Positions 1 to 10,328 are shown, counted from the stretch's first letter. The stretch is 64,000 bases of DNA from Anaerotignum sp. (GCF_040307045.1 NZ_JAWRKF010000005.1:56834-120833); one strand, 5' to 3'. Program-made: numbers and translations. The notes: generated by a model not told the origin, from the letters alone.

Positions 1-503
1 CCCACCATAATTACATCTGATTTTGATACGTTCATTACCTCCATTACATGTGCAATCACTTTGGCTTTTGTGTCTCTCCCAAGTTCTCGATTATCCCCAC
101 CAATCACCTCGAAATACTGGTCAATTTTGAAGTGCTTCAAAATTCGCACTGCTGTTTCCTCTTTTTTAGAAGTTGCAACTGCCAAGCGCTTCCCCTTTTT
201 CTTTAATTCCTGCAACATTTCAGGAATACCTTCATAGACCTTGTTCTCAAACAACCCAACTGTTGCATATCTTTCTCTAAAAAATTCCAATGCTCTATGG
301 GCATCTTCCTGATTCATATTAAAATCTTCAGTAAAGGTTTTTATCAACGGTGGCCCTACAATAAACTTCAAGTCTTTATCGGACCATTTTTCAATGCCCA
401 TCTTCTCCTGCATATGCTGTGCTGAACGAATAACCCCCTCAGCCGAATCCGTCAATGTGCCATCTAAATCAAATAGTATGGTGTTTTTTTCTATCTTCAT
501 CAT
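1..503 (-). CDS. HAD-superfamily hydrolase (phosphoglycolate phosphatase-like), 3' end cut by window edge
   Basis: My own reverse-complement translation from the ATG at 503 gives MMKIEKNTILFDLDGTLTDSAEG (DxDGT motif I). It stays in frame to position 1 (...SKSDVIMVG). It is absent from the ORF track because it is truncated. Confidence 0.8.
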   Translation of the reverse strand, partial: MMKIEKNTILFDLDGTLTDSAEGVIRSAQHMQEKMGIEKWSDKDLKFIVGPPLIKTFTEDFNMNQEDAHRALEFFRERYATVGLFENKVYEGIPEMLQELKKKGKRLAVATSKKEETAVRILKHFKIDQYFEVIGGDNRELGRDTKAKVIAHVMEVMNVSKSDVIMV

Positions 504-621
504 ATTTCCACTCCCATCCCAATAATGCCCTACTCAAGTAGCATTTATCAAAATTAGGGGATCATACCCCCACTCTATTAAGTTTGATTTATTTTACCTC
601 AAATACCTAATCTGTGCAAAC

Positions 622-652
622 AAAAAACCCCCTAAAGTTCTCCTTTAAGGGG
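622..652 (-). terminator. Intrinsic terminator of spoIIP
   Basis: Stem CCCCCTAAAG (628-637) pairs with CTTTAAGGGG (643-652) with one mismatch. An A6 run at 622-627 gives a U-tract on the minus strand. The stop codon lies inside the stem. Confidence 0.6.
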
Positions 653-1718
653 TATCATTCAATAGTACTTCTGCCAAAATTTTAGCCAGTGGCTTCATTG
701 CATTCTTTGCTTCTTGCTTGGTATTCGTCTGCGCACCCACCTCAATTAGTGCAGAACGGGGCATATAGTGTAAAATAAACCGATAGGGATTCAGATAAAT
801 TTTCCTTGTAAACCCAGGGTAGTTTTGTCCTGCCAATGTTTGCATCTGAAGGCTAAAAGCCAGATTCTGTTTGATATACTTATTATCCAACCACGTAACA
901 GGCTCAGGCTGACCATTTTTACTTAAACGACAAATTCCATTTACAAACATTACCTTTGCACAAGATTTCCCTTCTATTTGGGTAACAAGCCTTGTGTCAT
1001 CAGGCACGCCATCTCGATGTAAATCAATACATACCTCAATGGATGGGTACTTTTTTAATATCTCCTCAACCGCTGGGCCACTACGTTCATATGCCCCCGT
1101 CCGTTGACCAACACCATTTACAACATCATAAACTCCCGTATGGTGCAATACCCCAATACCATAGTCCTCTTCCAGTATTCGTTTGAGCTCCTCACCAACC
1201 CCACATATCCCTTCATCAAGCCCTTTGGACATATCGCTATCAACAAAATCCTCATTGGTATGTGTATGAAATATCAAAATCTTAGGCTCTTTTGTAGTGG
1301 GTTGTATGGAAAAATCCATTGACAAGGCCTCATCCACATTAATATCACCTTCTAATAGAGTCGTTCTTGCATCCACGGTATAAAAGTTGCTTTTCAAGTA
1401 CGAAAAGTCCTTCATCTTTTCAAGAACTTCAGCTGTAATGCCCAAACCTTCTCCGCCGCTATGTATTTCGTGCTTTTGTTCAAACTCCACATCCTTAACA
1501 CCCCAAATAGCAACAGTAGCACTTTCCTTAGTCGTCTCTTTTTCCGACCACAGACTTTGTATAGACAATGACCCATGGGGTACTTGTCCCGGCAGCACTT
1601 CCGCCAAAAGCCATCGTCCACCACCCATCTGCAAAAAAAGCGGTATGGATAGCAGAAAAAGCAAAAGTCCAAAAAGGCTTAGGCCGAGTTGTTGTCCTCT
1701 GCCACCTTTTTGCTCCAC
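645..1718 (-). CDS. spoIIP: Stage II sporulation protein P (SpoIIP amidase/peptidase family)
   Basis: N-terminal TM segment, then SpoIIP-like motifs IFHTHTNEDF and CIDLHRDG. The GTG at 1718 has better spacing to GGAGG than the track start at 1724. Confidence 0.8.
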   Translation of the reverse strand: MEQKGGRGQQLGLSLFGLLLFLLSIPLFLQMGGGRWLLAEVLPGQVPHGSLSIQSLWSEKETTKESATVAIWGVKDVEFEQKHEIHSGGEGLGITAEVLEKMKDFSYLKSNFYTVDARTTLLEGDINVDEALSMDFSIQPTTKEPKILIFHTHTNEDFVDSDMSKGLDEGICGVGEELKRILEEDYGIGVLHHTGVYDVVNGVGQRTGAYERSGPAVEEILKKYPSIEVCIDLHRDGVPDDTRLVTQIEGKSCAKVMFVNGICRLSKNGQPEPVTWLDNKYIKQNLAFSLQMQTLAGQNYPGFTRKIYLNPYRFILHYMPRSALIEVGAQTNTKQEAKNAMKPLAKILAEVLLNDTP

Positions 1719-1861
1719 TGACACCGCCTCCCTTCATACAAAGTTTATGCCATTATTAAACAGCATAGAACAAGAATATATAGAAGGGGAAAGTATCCAA
1801 TAATCTGTAACACCTCTAGCTTCCAGGCTCAAAATGAACCCACTTTTATTTTACGAAATAA

Positions 1862-1895
1862 AAAAAACTGGGTAAAATACACCCAAGTTTTTTGC
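1862..1895. terminator. Bidirectional-looking hairpin downstream of the first aminotransferase gene
   Basis: A7-ACTGGGT-loop-ACCCAAGT-T6. The stem is short and has one bulge. Confidence 0.45.
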
Positions 1896-1983
1896 TTTTT
1901 TCTATAACACAAGACCCCCGCAGATGTAACTACGAGGGTCCTATGCATATGGAGTTATGGTTTGTATGCTCAAAGAAACAAGA

Positions 1984-3168
1984 TTATCTCAAGTTTGCTT
2001 TGATTACGTCAGCAATACGCTTAATGCCTTCTGCAATCTTTTCTTCAGGCATGCAAGAGTAGTTCATACGGAATGTATTTTCATGTCCACCGTTAGGGAA
2101 GAAACCGCCACCTGGAACATATGCAACTTTCTGTTCTAAGCACTGTTTTGCCAATTCTTTTGCGTTCATATATTCAGGTAATACAACCCATGTAAACAAA
2201 CCACCATCGGGGTGTGTCCATGTGCATTCTTTAGGGAAATGTTCCTCCATTGTTTTCAACATACAGTCACGTCTCTTACGATATACTTCTTTGATCTTTG
2301 CTACGTGCTCATCCAAATCGTACATTTCTAAGAAAGTGTTTGTTTCCAACTGAGCAACAGTAGAAGCCTGAAGGTCAGAAGCCTGTTTCATAAAGTTAAA
2401 TTTTGCAAGAATTTCATCCTCTGCGCAAACCCAACCCAATCTGTAGCCAGGGGCTAAAATCTTAGAGAATGTACCCAAGAAAATAACCAAGCCCTTTGTA
2501 TCCAAAGATTTCAAAGAAGGCATGTTTTCGTTTTCAAAACGCAATTCGCCATAAGGGTTATCTTCGATAACAGGAATTTCAAATTTATTGATAATCTCCA
2601 TGAATTTCTCACGTCTTTCCAATGTCCATGTTCTGCCGGAGGGATTCTGGAAATCAGGAATAACATAAATCATTTTTACATTTTCAGTGGAAGCCAGAAC
2701 TTTTTCCAATTCTTCCATAATCATACCGTTGTTGTCGGTAGGAATTTCAATAAAGTTAGGTTCACAAGCCTTAAACGCATTAACGGCACCTAAGTAAGAA
2801 GGGCTTTCCAAAAGTACAACATCGCCTTTGTTTAAGAAAACACGGGCAGAAAAATCAAGGCCTTGCTGAGAGCCACTGGTAACCAAAACATGGTCAATAT
2901 CTGTATCAATATTGTTTTTTGCTTTCATTCTATCTACAATTTTCTGTCTAAGTGCAGGAATACCTTCTGTAGAAGTATACTGCAGGGCAACACGGCCCAT
3001 TTCATCCAAAGTTTTAACTGATGCAGCTTTCATGCCTTCAACGGGAAATAATTCGGGTGCGGGCATACCACCTGCAAAAGAAATAATATCAGGCTGAGAT
3101 GTAAGCTTAAGCAACTCTCTAATTTCAGAGCCAGTCAAAAGATTCATTCTGTCTGCAAAACGTACCAT
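1984..3168 (-). CDS. PLP-dependent aminotransferase, class I/II fold (paralog 1)
   Basis: 394 aa. Family-typical motifs include SGSQQGLD, PSYLGA, NPSGRTW and the FSK lysine region (LGTFSKILAPGYRLGW). Confidence 0.85.
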   Translation of the reverse strand: MVRFADRMNLLTGSEIRELLKLTSQPDIISFAGGMPAPELFPVEGMKAASVKTLDEMGRVALQYTSTEGIPALRQKIVDRMKAKNNIDTDIDHVLVTSGSQQGLDFSARVFLNKGDVVLLESPSYLGAVNAFKACEPNFIEIPTDNNGMIMEELEKVLASTENVKMIYVIPDFQNPSGRTWTLERREKFMEIINKFEIPVIEDNPYGELRFENENMPSLKSLDTKGLVIFLGTFSKILAPGYRLGWVCAEDEILAKFNFMKQASDLQASTVAQLETNTFLEMYDLDEHVAKIKEVYRKRRDCMLKTMEEHFPKECTWTHPDGGLFTWVVLPEYMNAKELAKQCLEQKVAYVPGGGFFPNGGHENTFRMNYSCMPEEKIAEGIKRIADVIKANLR

Positions 3169-3579
3169 AGGGTTCTTCCTCCTTAAAAATCAAAAAATAA
3201 TCGTTGTCTGACAAGGGGCTTATTTTTCTAGTACATTGACAAATCAATTAAAATATTCCTCTTTAACCTTATTAAAACACAAAAAATCAACAAAGTCAAT
3301 GCAAATTGAAAAAGGCACTGCTGAAAAATAGCATAAAACCCATTCTCAAATAAGTATTTTTTTGTACAAAAACCAAAACAATTTTCAATTTTTCTTAAAA
3401 TACGACCCCAAAATTGTACTTATATAAAAACAATTCAACCAAAAGGGCATCTGTATTCTCCATTATTTTTGTATGTATTTTTAAACATGATTTATTTTTC
3501 GCCTTAAATTTATTAAAAAAACTTACATACCACCATTTTAACATTTTCTTTTTAAGAAACTTTATCTCATTTTTAATAG

Positions 3580-3623
3580 AAAAACCCTCCGAATTCCATC
3601 CATCTTTGGATGTTTCGAGAGGG
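3580..3623 (-). terminator. Intrinsic terminator of aminotransferase paralog 2
   Basis: CCCTCCGAA (3585-3593) pairs with TTCGAGAGGG (3614-3623). An inner CATCC/GGATG hairpin is also present. The minus strand then reads GGGTTTTTC. Confidence 0.6.
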
Positions 3624-3690
3624 TCTTACTTTTACACCATGCACTACGATGCACGACCATACACGACGATTTGTTCAATTAGCTGTCCTT

Positions 3691-4875
3691 TTACTTCAAG
3701 TTTGCTCGAATAACATCAGCCAATGCCTTTACGCCTTCAATTATTTTTTCATCACTCATACAAGAATAGTTCATCCTAAAGCAACTGTTCTTTCCACCAT
3801 TGGGGAAGAAGCTACCACCTGGAACGTATGCAACCTTCTTTTCCAAACACTGCAATGCCATTTCTTTTGTATTAATGTAGGAAGGCAATTCAACCCATGT
3901 AAATAAGCCGCCATCAGGATAGGTGAATTTAGCTTCTGCGGGGAAGTGCTCCTTCATTGCATTCATCATAACATCCCGTCTGTGTTTGTAAACCTCTTTA
4001 ATCTTAGCTACGTGTTCATCTAGGTCGTAAAGATCCATAAATTTGTTTGCCTGAAGCTGTGTTAATGTTGAAGACTGTAAATCTGCACCCTGTTTAATGG
4101 TGTTAAACTTTAACAGAATTTCATCCTCTGCGCAAACCCAACCCAATCGGAAGCCTGGAACCATAATCTTGGAGAATGTTCCAAGGTAAACAACCAAACC
4201 TTTTGTGTCTAATGATTTCAAAGCTGGTATATTGGCATTTTCATAACGCAACTCACCGTAGGGATTATCCTCAATTACAGGGATTTCATATTTATTGACA
4301 ATTTCCATGAATTTCTGTCTTCTTTCCAAGGACCATGTGCGACCTGTGGGATTCTGGAAATCAGGAATTACATAAATCATCTTAACATTATCTGTGGTAG
4401 CGAGAATTTTTTCCAATTCTTCCATAATCATACCACCGTCATCCGTAGGTACTTCCATAAATGTAGGCTCGCAAGCTTTAAAAGCATTAATTGCTCCTAA
4501 ATAGGATGGACTTTCCATCAAAATTACATCGCCCTCGTCAACAAATACCCTAGCAGCAAAATCTAGACCCTGCTGAGAACCACTGGTAATCAAAATTTGA
4601 TCTGGGTTCGTGACAATATTATTTTTTTCTTTCATTCTCTCCGCAATTTTTTGTCTTAGCTGAGGAAGACCTTCGGTAGAGGAATATTGACACGCAACGG
4701 TGCCCATTTCTTCCATGACCGCAATGCCGGCCTGCTTTAATTCTTCTACAGGAAACAACTCGGGTGCGGGCAAACCGCCTGCAAAAGAAATAATGTCGGG
4801 TCTAGCGATGAGCTTTAAAAGATCACCAATATCTGAACTGTCCAAAAGTTCCAGCCTTTTTGCAAAACGTACCAT
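3691..4875 (-). CDS. PLP-dependent aminotransferase, class I/II fold (paralog 2)
   Basis: Collinear with the 1984-3168 product along its whole length (MVRFAKRLELL vs MVRFADRMNLL, and so on). The ATG at 4875 is preceded by GAAAGGGGA; the track start at 4908 adds 11 unlikely residues. Confidence 0.85.
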   Translation of the reverse strand: MVRFAKRLELLDSSDIGDLLKLIARPDIISFAGGLPAPELFPVEELKQAGIAVMEEMGTVACQYSSTEGLPQLRQKIAERMKEKNNIVTNPDQILITSGSQQGLDFAARVFVDEGDVILMESPSYLGAINAFKACEPTFMEVPTDDGGMIMEELEKILATTDNVKMIYVIPDFQNPTGRTWSLERRQKFMEIVNKYEIPVIEDNPYGELRYENANIPALKSLDTKGLVVYLGTFSKIMVPGFRLGWVCAEDEILLKFNTIKQGADLQSSTLTQLQANKFMDLYDLDEHVAKIKEVYKHRRDVMMNAMKEHFPAEAKFTYPDGGLFTWVELPSYINTKEMALQCLEKKVAYVPGGSFFPNGGKNSCFRMNYSCMSDEKIIEGVKALADVIRANLK

Positions 4876-5378
4876 AACTTCTATTCCCCTTTCATGATGG
4901 CATTCCAACCTTAATATAATGTACTTTTATAAAAACATGTACTTATTAAGCCATAAAAACCCATTGCTGTCAATGAAATTTTTCAAAGAATGTATTTTAT
5001 TAAATACAGTTATAATGGTGATTTTTTCAAGGATTCTCGGCAAAATACCTGTATGTTTTCATATAAATAAAATCCATATTTTTTCAATTTTCACCTCATC
5101 TCGTCAAAACAACAGAGAAAAACCCTATTATACATAAAAATTTCATCATTTTTTCTTATTACTCCCTGAATTCCGAAACCCTCTCCTTGCCTTCCACGTG
5201 TTTATAAGACATCTCTGAAATGTTTTGTAATACTAAACCAAAGCTTTTATCGGCAATCTGCAAAACCCTCCCACCTCATTGCTATAAGCGAACAAACTAA
5301 AAAAGCAATTAAAAAAAGTGCCTTTTTAATACATAATGTCAAAAAGTTTTATATATCGAATTTTTTGTTTAATTTTTA

Positions 5379-5406
5379 TTGCATTATAACGTATTTGCTG
5401 TATAAT
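5379..5406 (+). promoter_or_regulatory. Candidate sigma-A promoter of the regulator-potABCD operon
   Basis: TTGCAT (5379-5384), 16-nt spacer, TATAAT (5401-5406). Confidence 0.4.
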
Positions 5407-5414
5407 AATTGAGG

Positions 5415-5451
5415 TTTAGTAAAAATAATACTAAAGTTTAGTGTTGCTAAA
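5415..5451. promoter_or_regulatory. Candidate operator: two inverted repeats built on TTTAG half-sites
   Basis: TTTAGTA (5415-5421), 7-nt gap, TACTAAA (5429-5435). Then TTTAG (5437-5441), 5-nt gap, CTAAA (5447-5451). Both lie between the -10 element and the RBS. Confidence 0.3.
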
Positions 5452-5478
5452 TTCCAAACTTAGAAGGAGTTGTTGAGG

Positions 5479-6012
5479 ATGGATATCGGACATAAAATCA
5501 AACAGCTTCGTGTGCAAAAAGGTCTTACCCTAGAAGAACTGGCCAGCCGCAGCGAACTAACCAAGGGTTTCTTGTCCCAGATGGAAAGAAACCTTACGTC
5601 TCCTTCCATTGCTACCTTAAATGATATCGTAGAAGCATTGGGGACTACTTTATCCGAATTTTTCAAAGAAGAAAAACAAGAAAAATTGGTATTTCGCAAA
5701 AAGGATTTTTTTGTCGATGAGAGAGAGCATTATACCATCCACTGGATTGTGCCCAACACACAAAAAAATGAAATGGAGCCCATCATGATTGAATTACCCC
5801 AGGGAGGAGAATCTTTTCAGATGGACCCCCACAGTGGTGAAGAATTTGGGTATGTATTGGAAGGCAGTATTACCCTAGACTGCCAAGATGAAAGTTTTAC
5901 TGTGCACAAAGGAGAAACATTCTACCTTTCTGGAAAAACAAGCCATTTTTTGAGAAACGACAAAAAAACGAAGGCAAAGGTCCTTTGGATCTCAACGCCG
6001 CCGTTATTCTGA
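5479..6012 (+). CDS. XRE-family HTH transcriptional regulator with C-terminal cupin domain (PuuR-like architecture)
   Basis: HTH region IGHKIKQLRVQKGLTLEELASRSELTKGFLSQMERN, followed by a cupin-like C-terminus (GEEFGYVLEGSITL...GETFYL). The ATG at 5479 lies 9 nt after GAAGGAG. Confidence 0.85.
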   Translation: MDIGHKIKQLRVQKGLTLEELASRSELTKGFLSQMERNLTSPSIATLNDIVEALGTTLSEFFKEEKQEKLVFRKKDFFVDEREHYTIHWIVPNTQKNEMEPIMIELPQGGESFQMDPHSGEEFGYVLEGSITLDCQDESFTVHKGETFYLSGKTSHFLRNDKKTKAKVLWISTPPLF

Positions 6013-6029
6013 TATGATGGGAGGCAGAC

Positions 6030-7598
6030 ATGAAAAAGCTGATTCAATTCAAAAATATCGTCAAAGACTTTGACGGCAAATTAGTTTTAAAAGGTATTAA
6101 TTTAGATATCTATGAGAACGAATTCGTTACATTGCTTGGACCCAGTGGTTGTGGCAAAACAACGCTATTGCGTATTTTGGGTGGGTTCCTGACGCAAACG
6201 GAAGGACACGTTCTTTTTGATGGGGAAGAAATCAGTAAAGTTCCCCCTTATAAACGGGAAATCAACACAGTATTCCAGAAATACGCCTTGTTCCCCCATA
6301 TGAATGTATATAACAATATCGCTTTTGGTTTAAAAATTAAAAAAGAACCAAAGGATATAATTGAGCAAAAGGTAAAACGTATGCTTAAGTTAGTAAATCT
6401 TGAAGAATATGCCGACCGTAACGTTACCGAAATGAGTGGTGGTCAACAGCAACGAGTTGCCATTGCCCGTGCCTTGGTAAATGAGCCTAGCGTACTTCTT
6501 TTGGATGAACCCTTGGGTGCGTTAGACCTAAAGCTGAGAAAAGAAATGCAACAGGAGCTAAAAAAAATCCAGCAAGAGGTTGGCATTACCTTTATTTACG
6601 TTACCCATGATCAGGAAGAAGCCCTTACCATGTCTGATAAAATCGTGGTTATGAAAGAAGGGGAAATCCAACAAATCGGTTCCCCCACAGATATTTATAA
6701 CGAGCCCGTTAATCAATATGTTGCCAACTTCATTGGCGAGAGTAATATCATTGATGGCGTTATGCTGGAAGATTATCTGGTTATGTTTGAAGATAAAAAG
6801 TTTAAATGCGTGGATTTTGGCTTTGCTCCCAGCGAGAAAGTTGATGTGGTTATCCGCCCTGAGGATTTGGATATTGTCCCTCGTGCCGACGGCAAACTGA
6901 AAGGCATCGTAAAATCTGTTCTTTTTAAAGGAGTTCATTACGAAACCGTAGTGGAAACAAAAGTGGGTACCTCCATCACTGTTAAAATGATGGTTTCCGA
7001 TGACCGTCCAGTCTACAACGAAAATGCTAACGAAAAAATGTCTGCCAACGACTTTTATTTGGATGTAGATGATGTTGACGAATTAGATGAGGGTACCATC
7101 GTTGCCCGTGCCGATGCACAGGCTTGGGACCCAGAAACAGATGAGTTTATTTCCATTAAAGAAATTAGCTACTCAATCAAAAAAGAAAACGGAAGCTATC
7201 CCGTTACATTCTCAACTGCTGCTGGCACCTCAGTCACAGTAAATATGATTGTAAAAGATGAAAACCGTATTGCAAATAAAGAGTATCAGGAGGAAATTTT
7301 CGCCGTTAATTTCTTCAAAAAAGCCGATGAAATTCATGAATCCATCGCTTTGGAAACGGACCTCAAAACTTGGGCCAATGCCACTGCCTGGAGCTTGGAA
7401 GACGGCACATCTGTTGAAATTACCAACGTAAAATATAACTTCGATCCCGAAACCGTAACCCCAGGTGTTTATGAAGTAACTTTTGCCACCGAAGGCTACG
7501 AATATAAAATAGATACTACCGACCGTTATGACATCGGTGCCGAGGTAGGTCTAACCTTCCAACCAGAAGATATTCATATCATGACTAAGGAAAACTGA
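6030..7598 (+). CDS. potA: Spermidine/putrescine ABC transporter ATP-binding protein with a large C-terminal insertion
   Basis: Walker [10 protein letters not shown], signature [15 protein letters not shown], Walker [13 protein letters not shown] PotA-type TOBE tail is present ([11 protein letters not shown] ... [16 protein letters not shown]). At 522 aa it is far longer than the usual ~350-380 aa. Confidence 0.9.
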   Translation: MKKLIQFKNIVKDFDGKLVLKGINLDIYENEFVTLLGPSGCGKTTLLRILGGFLTQTEGHVLFDGEEISKVPPYKREINTVFQKYALFPHMNVYNNIAFGLKIKKEPKDIIEQKVKRMLKLVNLEEYADRNVTEMSGGQQQRVAIARALVNEPSVLLLDEPLGALDLKLRKEMQQELKKIQQEVGITFIYVTHDQEEALTMSDKIVVMKEGEIQQIGSPTDIYNEPVNQYVANFIGESNIIDGVMLEDYLVMFEDKKFKCVDFGFAPSEKVDVVIRPEDLDIVPRADGKLKGIVKSVLFKGVHYETVVETKVGTSITVKMMVSDDRPVYNENANEKMSANDFYLDVDDVDELDEGTIVARADAQAWDPETDEFISIKEISYSIKKENGSYPVTFSTAAGTSVTVNMIVKDENRIANKEYQEEIFAVNFFKKADEIHESIALETDLKTWANATAWSLEDGTSVEITNVKYNFDPETVTPGVYEVTFATEGYEYKIDTTDRYDIGAEVGLTFQPEDIHIMTKEN

Positions 7599-7612
7599 GG
7601 GGAGGGTGTTCC

Positions 7613-8455
7613 ATGAGACAATTTCGAAATATGGCTTTGCCCTATATCGCCTGGATGGTAATTATCATCGTCCTTCCAATGCTCTTAATTATGCTGTACG
7701 CCTTTACCCATGAGGGTAATGACGTGGCAACAATCCGCTTTACATTGGAGAATTTTACTCGTTTTTTCAGCGATAAGGTATTTATGAGTGTGCTCAAGCG
7801 CTCCCTATATATTGCTGTCATAACAACAGTAATCTGTATTATATTAGGTTATCCTATTGCATATGTCATTGCAAACCGCAGTGAAAAAAGCAAAATGTTT
7901 TGGGTGCTTTTAATTACGTTACCAACTTGGATTAATATGTTGGTTCGTACCTATGCGTGGATGGGTATTTTGCAGGATGAAGGGATTATCAACCGCCTGC
8001 TTGGTCTTTTGGGCATTGGTCCAATCACCATGATACACACCACCTTTGCCGTGGTGTTAGGCATGGTTTATAATTTCATTCCCTTTATGATTTTACAAAT
8101 ATATACTTCCCTTACGAAAATGGATAAAAGCTATTTGGAAGCTGCCAGCGATTTGGGTGCAAATGGGGTGCAGTCATTCTTAAAAATCACACTGCCCCTT
8201 TCCCTGCCCGGGGTAATCAGCGGTATCACCTTGGTTTTTTTACCTGCCGTATCCAGTTTCTTTATTCCAAAGCTTTTGGGCGGCGGACAGTATGTATTGA
8301 TTGGTAATGTCATTGAAACCGAATTCTTAACCTCTGGTGACTGGAACTTCGGTAGTGCTATTTCCTTGGTAATGGCCGTCATTATTATGATGTCCATGTA
8401 TATAACCAAGAAAGTAGACAAAGACCCTACGGCAAATGGAAGGGGGAGTAAATAA
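7613..8455 (+). CDS. potB: Spermidine/putrescine ABC transporter permease
   Basis: Multi-TM protein with an EAA-like loop (YLEAASDLGANGVQSFLKITLPLSLPG). It sits in pot operon order. Confidence 0.85.
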   Translation: MRQFRNMALPYIAWMVIIIVLPMLLIMLYAFTHEGNDVATIRFTLENFTRFFSDKVFMSVLKRSLYIAVITTVICIILGYPIAYVIANRSEKSKMFWVLLITLPTWINMLVRTYAWMGILQDEGIINRLLGLLGIGPITMIHTTFAVVLGMVYNFIPFMILQIYTSLTKMDKSYLEAASDLGANGVQSFLKITLPLSLPGVISGITLVFLPAVSSFFIPKLLGGGQYVLIGNVIETEFLTSGDWNFGSAISLVMAVIIMMSMYITKKVDKDPTANGRGSK

Positions 8456-9252
8456 TGGATAAGAAAAATACGAGCCTGTTCTCGAAAATTTTATTGGGTG
8501 TAACTGCAATCTTCTTTTATGCACCAATTCTCTACATTATTCTTTTCTCCTTCAATAGCTCAAGGTCTTTGACAAGATTTGAAGGTTTCTCCTTCCGTTG
8601 GTATGAGAAAATGTTCTCCGATTCGACTATGATGGAGGCTATCGCCTACACTGTAATTATCGCTGTTTTAGCTACCATTATTTCTACAATTGTGGGTACA
8701 TTAACAGCAATTGGTTTATCAAAATCCCGTAAACTGGTGAGAGGTGTGGTAGAACAGGTCAATAATCTACCTATTATGAATCCCGAAATCGTAACTGCCA
8801 TCGGGTTGTTAATGTTCTTTAGCGCTTTGGGTGTAAAAAAAGGGTTCTTAACCTTGTTGCTTGCCCATGTAATGTTTTGTATTCCTTATGTTATTTTAAG
8901 CGTTACACCAAAGCTTCGATCCTTAGATCCAAACTTGGCGGATGCCGCCCTAGACCTAGGGGCAACTCCAATGCAAGCTCTATGGAAAGTTATCGTTCCC
9001 CAAATTATGCCAGGAATTATCTCTGGTGCATTGATTGCCTTTACCATGTCTTTTGATGATTTTGTCATCTCTTATTTCGTAACGGGCAACGGTGTAAATA
9101 ATATTTCTATTTTGGTGTATACCATGAGCAAACGTGTAAATCCGTCTATCAACGCCTTAAGTACCTTGGTAATTTTGTTGATCACGGTGGTTTTATTAAT
9201 CGTAAATATTATCCCTATCATTAAAGAGAAGAAAGGAAGAAAAGTGACATGA
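8455..9252 (+). CDS. potC: Spermidine/putrescine ABC transporter permease
   Basis: EAA loop LADAALDLGATPMQALWKVIVPQIMPG. Its start overlaps the potB stop. Confidence 0.85.
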   Translation: MDKKNTSLFSKILLGVTAIFFYAPILYIILFSFNSSRSLTRFEGFSFRWYEKMFSDSTMMEAIAYTVIIAVLATIISTIVGTLTAIGLSKSRKLVRGVVEQVNNLPIMNPEIVTAIGLLMFFSALGVKKGFLTLLLAHVMFCIPYVILSVTPKLRSLDPNLADAALDLGATPMQALWKVIVPQIMPGIISGALIAFTMSFDDFVISYFVTGNGVNNISILVYTMSKRVNPSINALSTLVILLITVVLLIVNIIPIIKEKKGRKVT

Positions 9253-10328
9253 AAAAAATGATTGCATTGGCACTTGGTTCGGCATTATTGCTATCTGGAT
9301 GTGGCGGAGGTAGTTCCTCTAGTGCAGCAGCCGAAGAAAAATACGGCTCCTCCACACTGAAATTGTATAACTGGGGAGAATATATGGGCGAAGACCTTAT
9401 CTCCAATTTTGAAGATGAATTTGGTGTTAAAGTAATCGTTGAATACTTTGATTCAAATGAAATGATGTATACAAAGCTGCAAGCAGGGGATGCTTATGAT
9501 GTCCTTGTCCCCTCTGATTATATGATTGAAAGATTGATTTCTGAGGATATGGTGCAGGAATTAGATTTATCTTTAATCCCTAATATTTCTAATCTGGCAA
9601 CAGGTGTGAAAAATCTTCCCTACGACCCAAACAACACATACTCCGTTCCTTATTTCTGGGGTAACGTAGGTATTGTTTACAATCATAATAACGTAGATCC
9701 TGCTGACGTAGAAAAATTAGGCTATAACATCCTTCATGACACAACTTACAAAGGCCACATTTATGTTTACGACTCCGAAAGAGACTCTTTCATGATGGCT
9801 TTAAAAGCTTTGGGCTACTCCATGAATACCGAAGATGAAGGTGAAATCGAAGCAGCTTATAACTGGTTGTTAGAAATGAATAACACCATGGATCCTGCTT
9901 ATGTTACTGATGAAGTAATCGATGGAATGATTAACGGAAATAAAGATATTGCTGTTGTTTACAGCGGTGATGCTGCAACTATTTTGGATGAAAATGAGGA
10001 TATGAGTTTCTTCTTACCTACAGAAGGCACAAACCTGTGGAGCGATGCTATGGTTATCCCCGCTAACGCAGAAAATCCGCTTTTAGCCCATGAATTCATC
10101 AATTATGTTTTAACCTATGATGCTTCCTATGACAACTCAGAAACTGTGGGATATTCCTCCTCCAATCAGGAAGTCTTAGATGATATGGCTGCACCTGATG
10201 GAACCTACGGTGAGAACGAAGCATATCTGCCCAGAACAGACTATGATAAGGATGAAGTCTTCGAAGATAACCCTGTTTTGAAGCAAAAATTGGCGGAACT
10301 TTGGATTAAGGTAAAAGCTTCCCACTAA
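9249..10328 (+). CDS. potD: Spermidine/putrescine-binding lipoprotein
   Basis: Lipobox LLLSGCGG. PotD-like motifs LYNWGEYM, VPSDYM and YFWG. It overlaps the potC stop. Confidence 0.85.
   Translation: MKKMIALALGSALLLSGCGGGSSSSAAAEEKYGSSTLKLYNWGEYMGEDLISNFEDEFGVKVIVEYFDSNEMMYTKLQAGDAYDVLVPSDYMIERLISEDMVQELDLSLIPNISNLATGVKNLPYDPNNTYSVPYFWGNVGIVYNHNNVDPADVEKLGYNILHDTTYKGHIYVYDSERDSFMMALKALGYSMNTEDEGEIEAAYNWLLEMNNTMDPAYVTDEVIDGMINGNKDIAVVYSGDAATILDENEDMSFFLPTEGTNLWSDAMVIPANAENPLLAHEFINYVLTYDASYDNSETVGYSSSNQEVLDDMAAPDGTYGENEAYLPRTDYDKDEVFEDNPVLKQKLAELWIKVKASH

Noticed and set aside
3169-3690. Possible T-box or riboswitch leaders upstream of the aminotransferase genes (also 4876-5469), and a lysine riboswitch upstream of dapH/dapL (47446-47564)
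   Set aside because: I could not find T-box or L-box core sequences. The dap intergenic region is only about 120 bp, too short for an L-box. A covariance-model scan would be needed to be sure.
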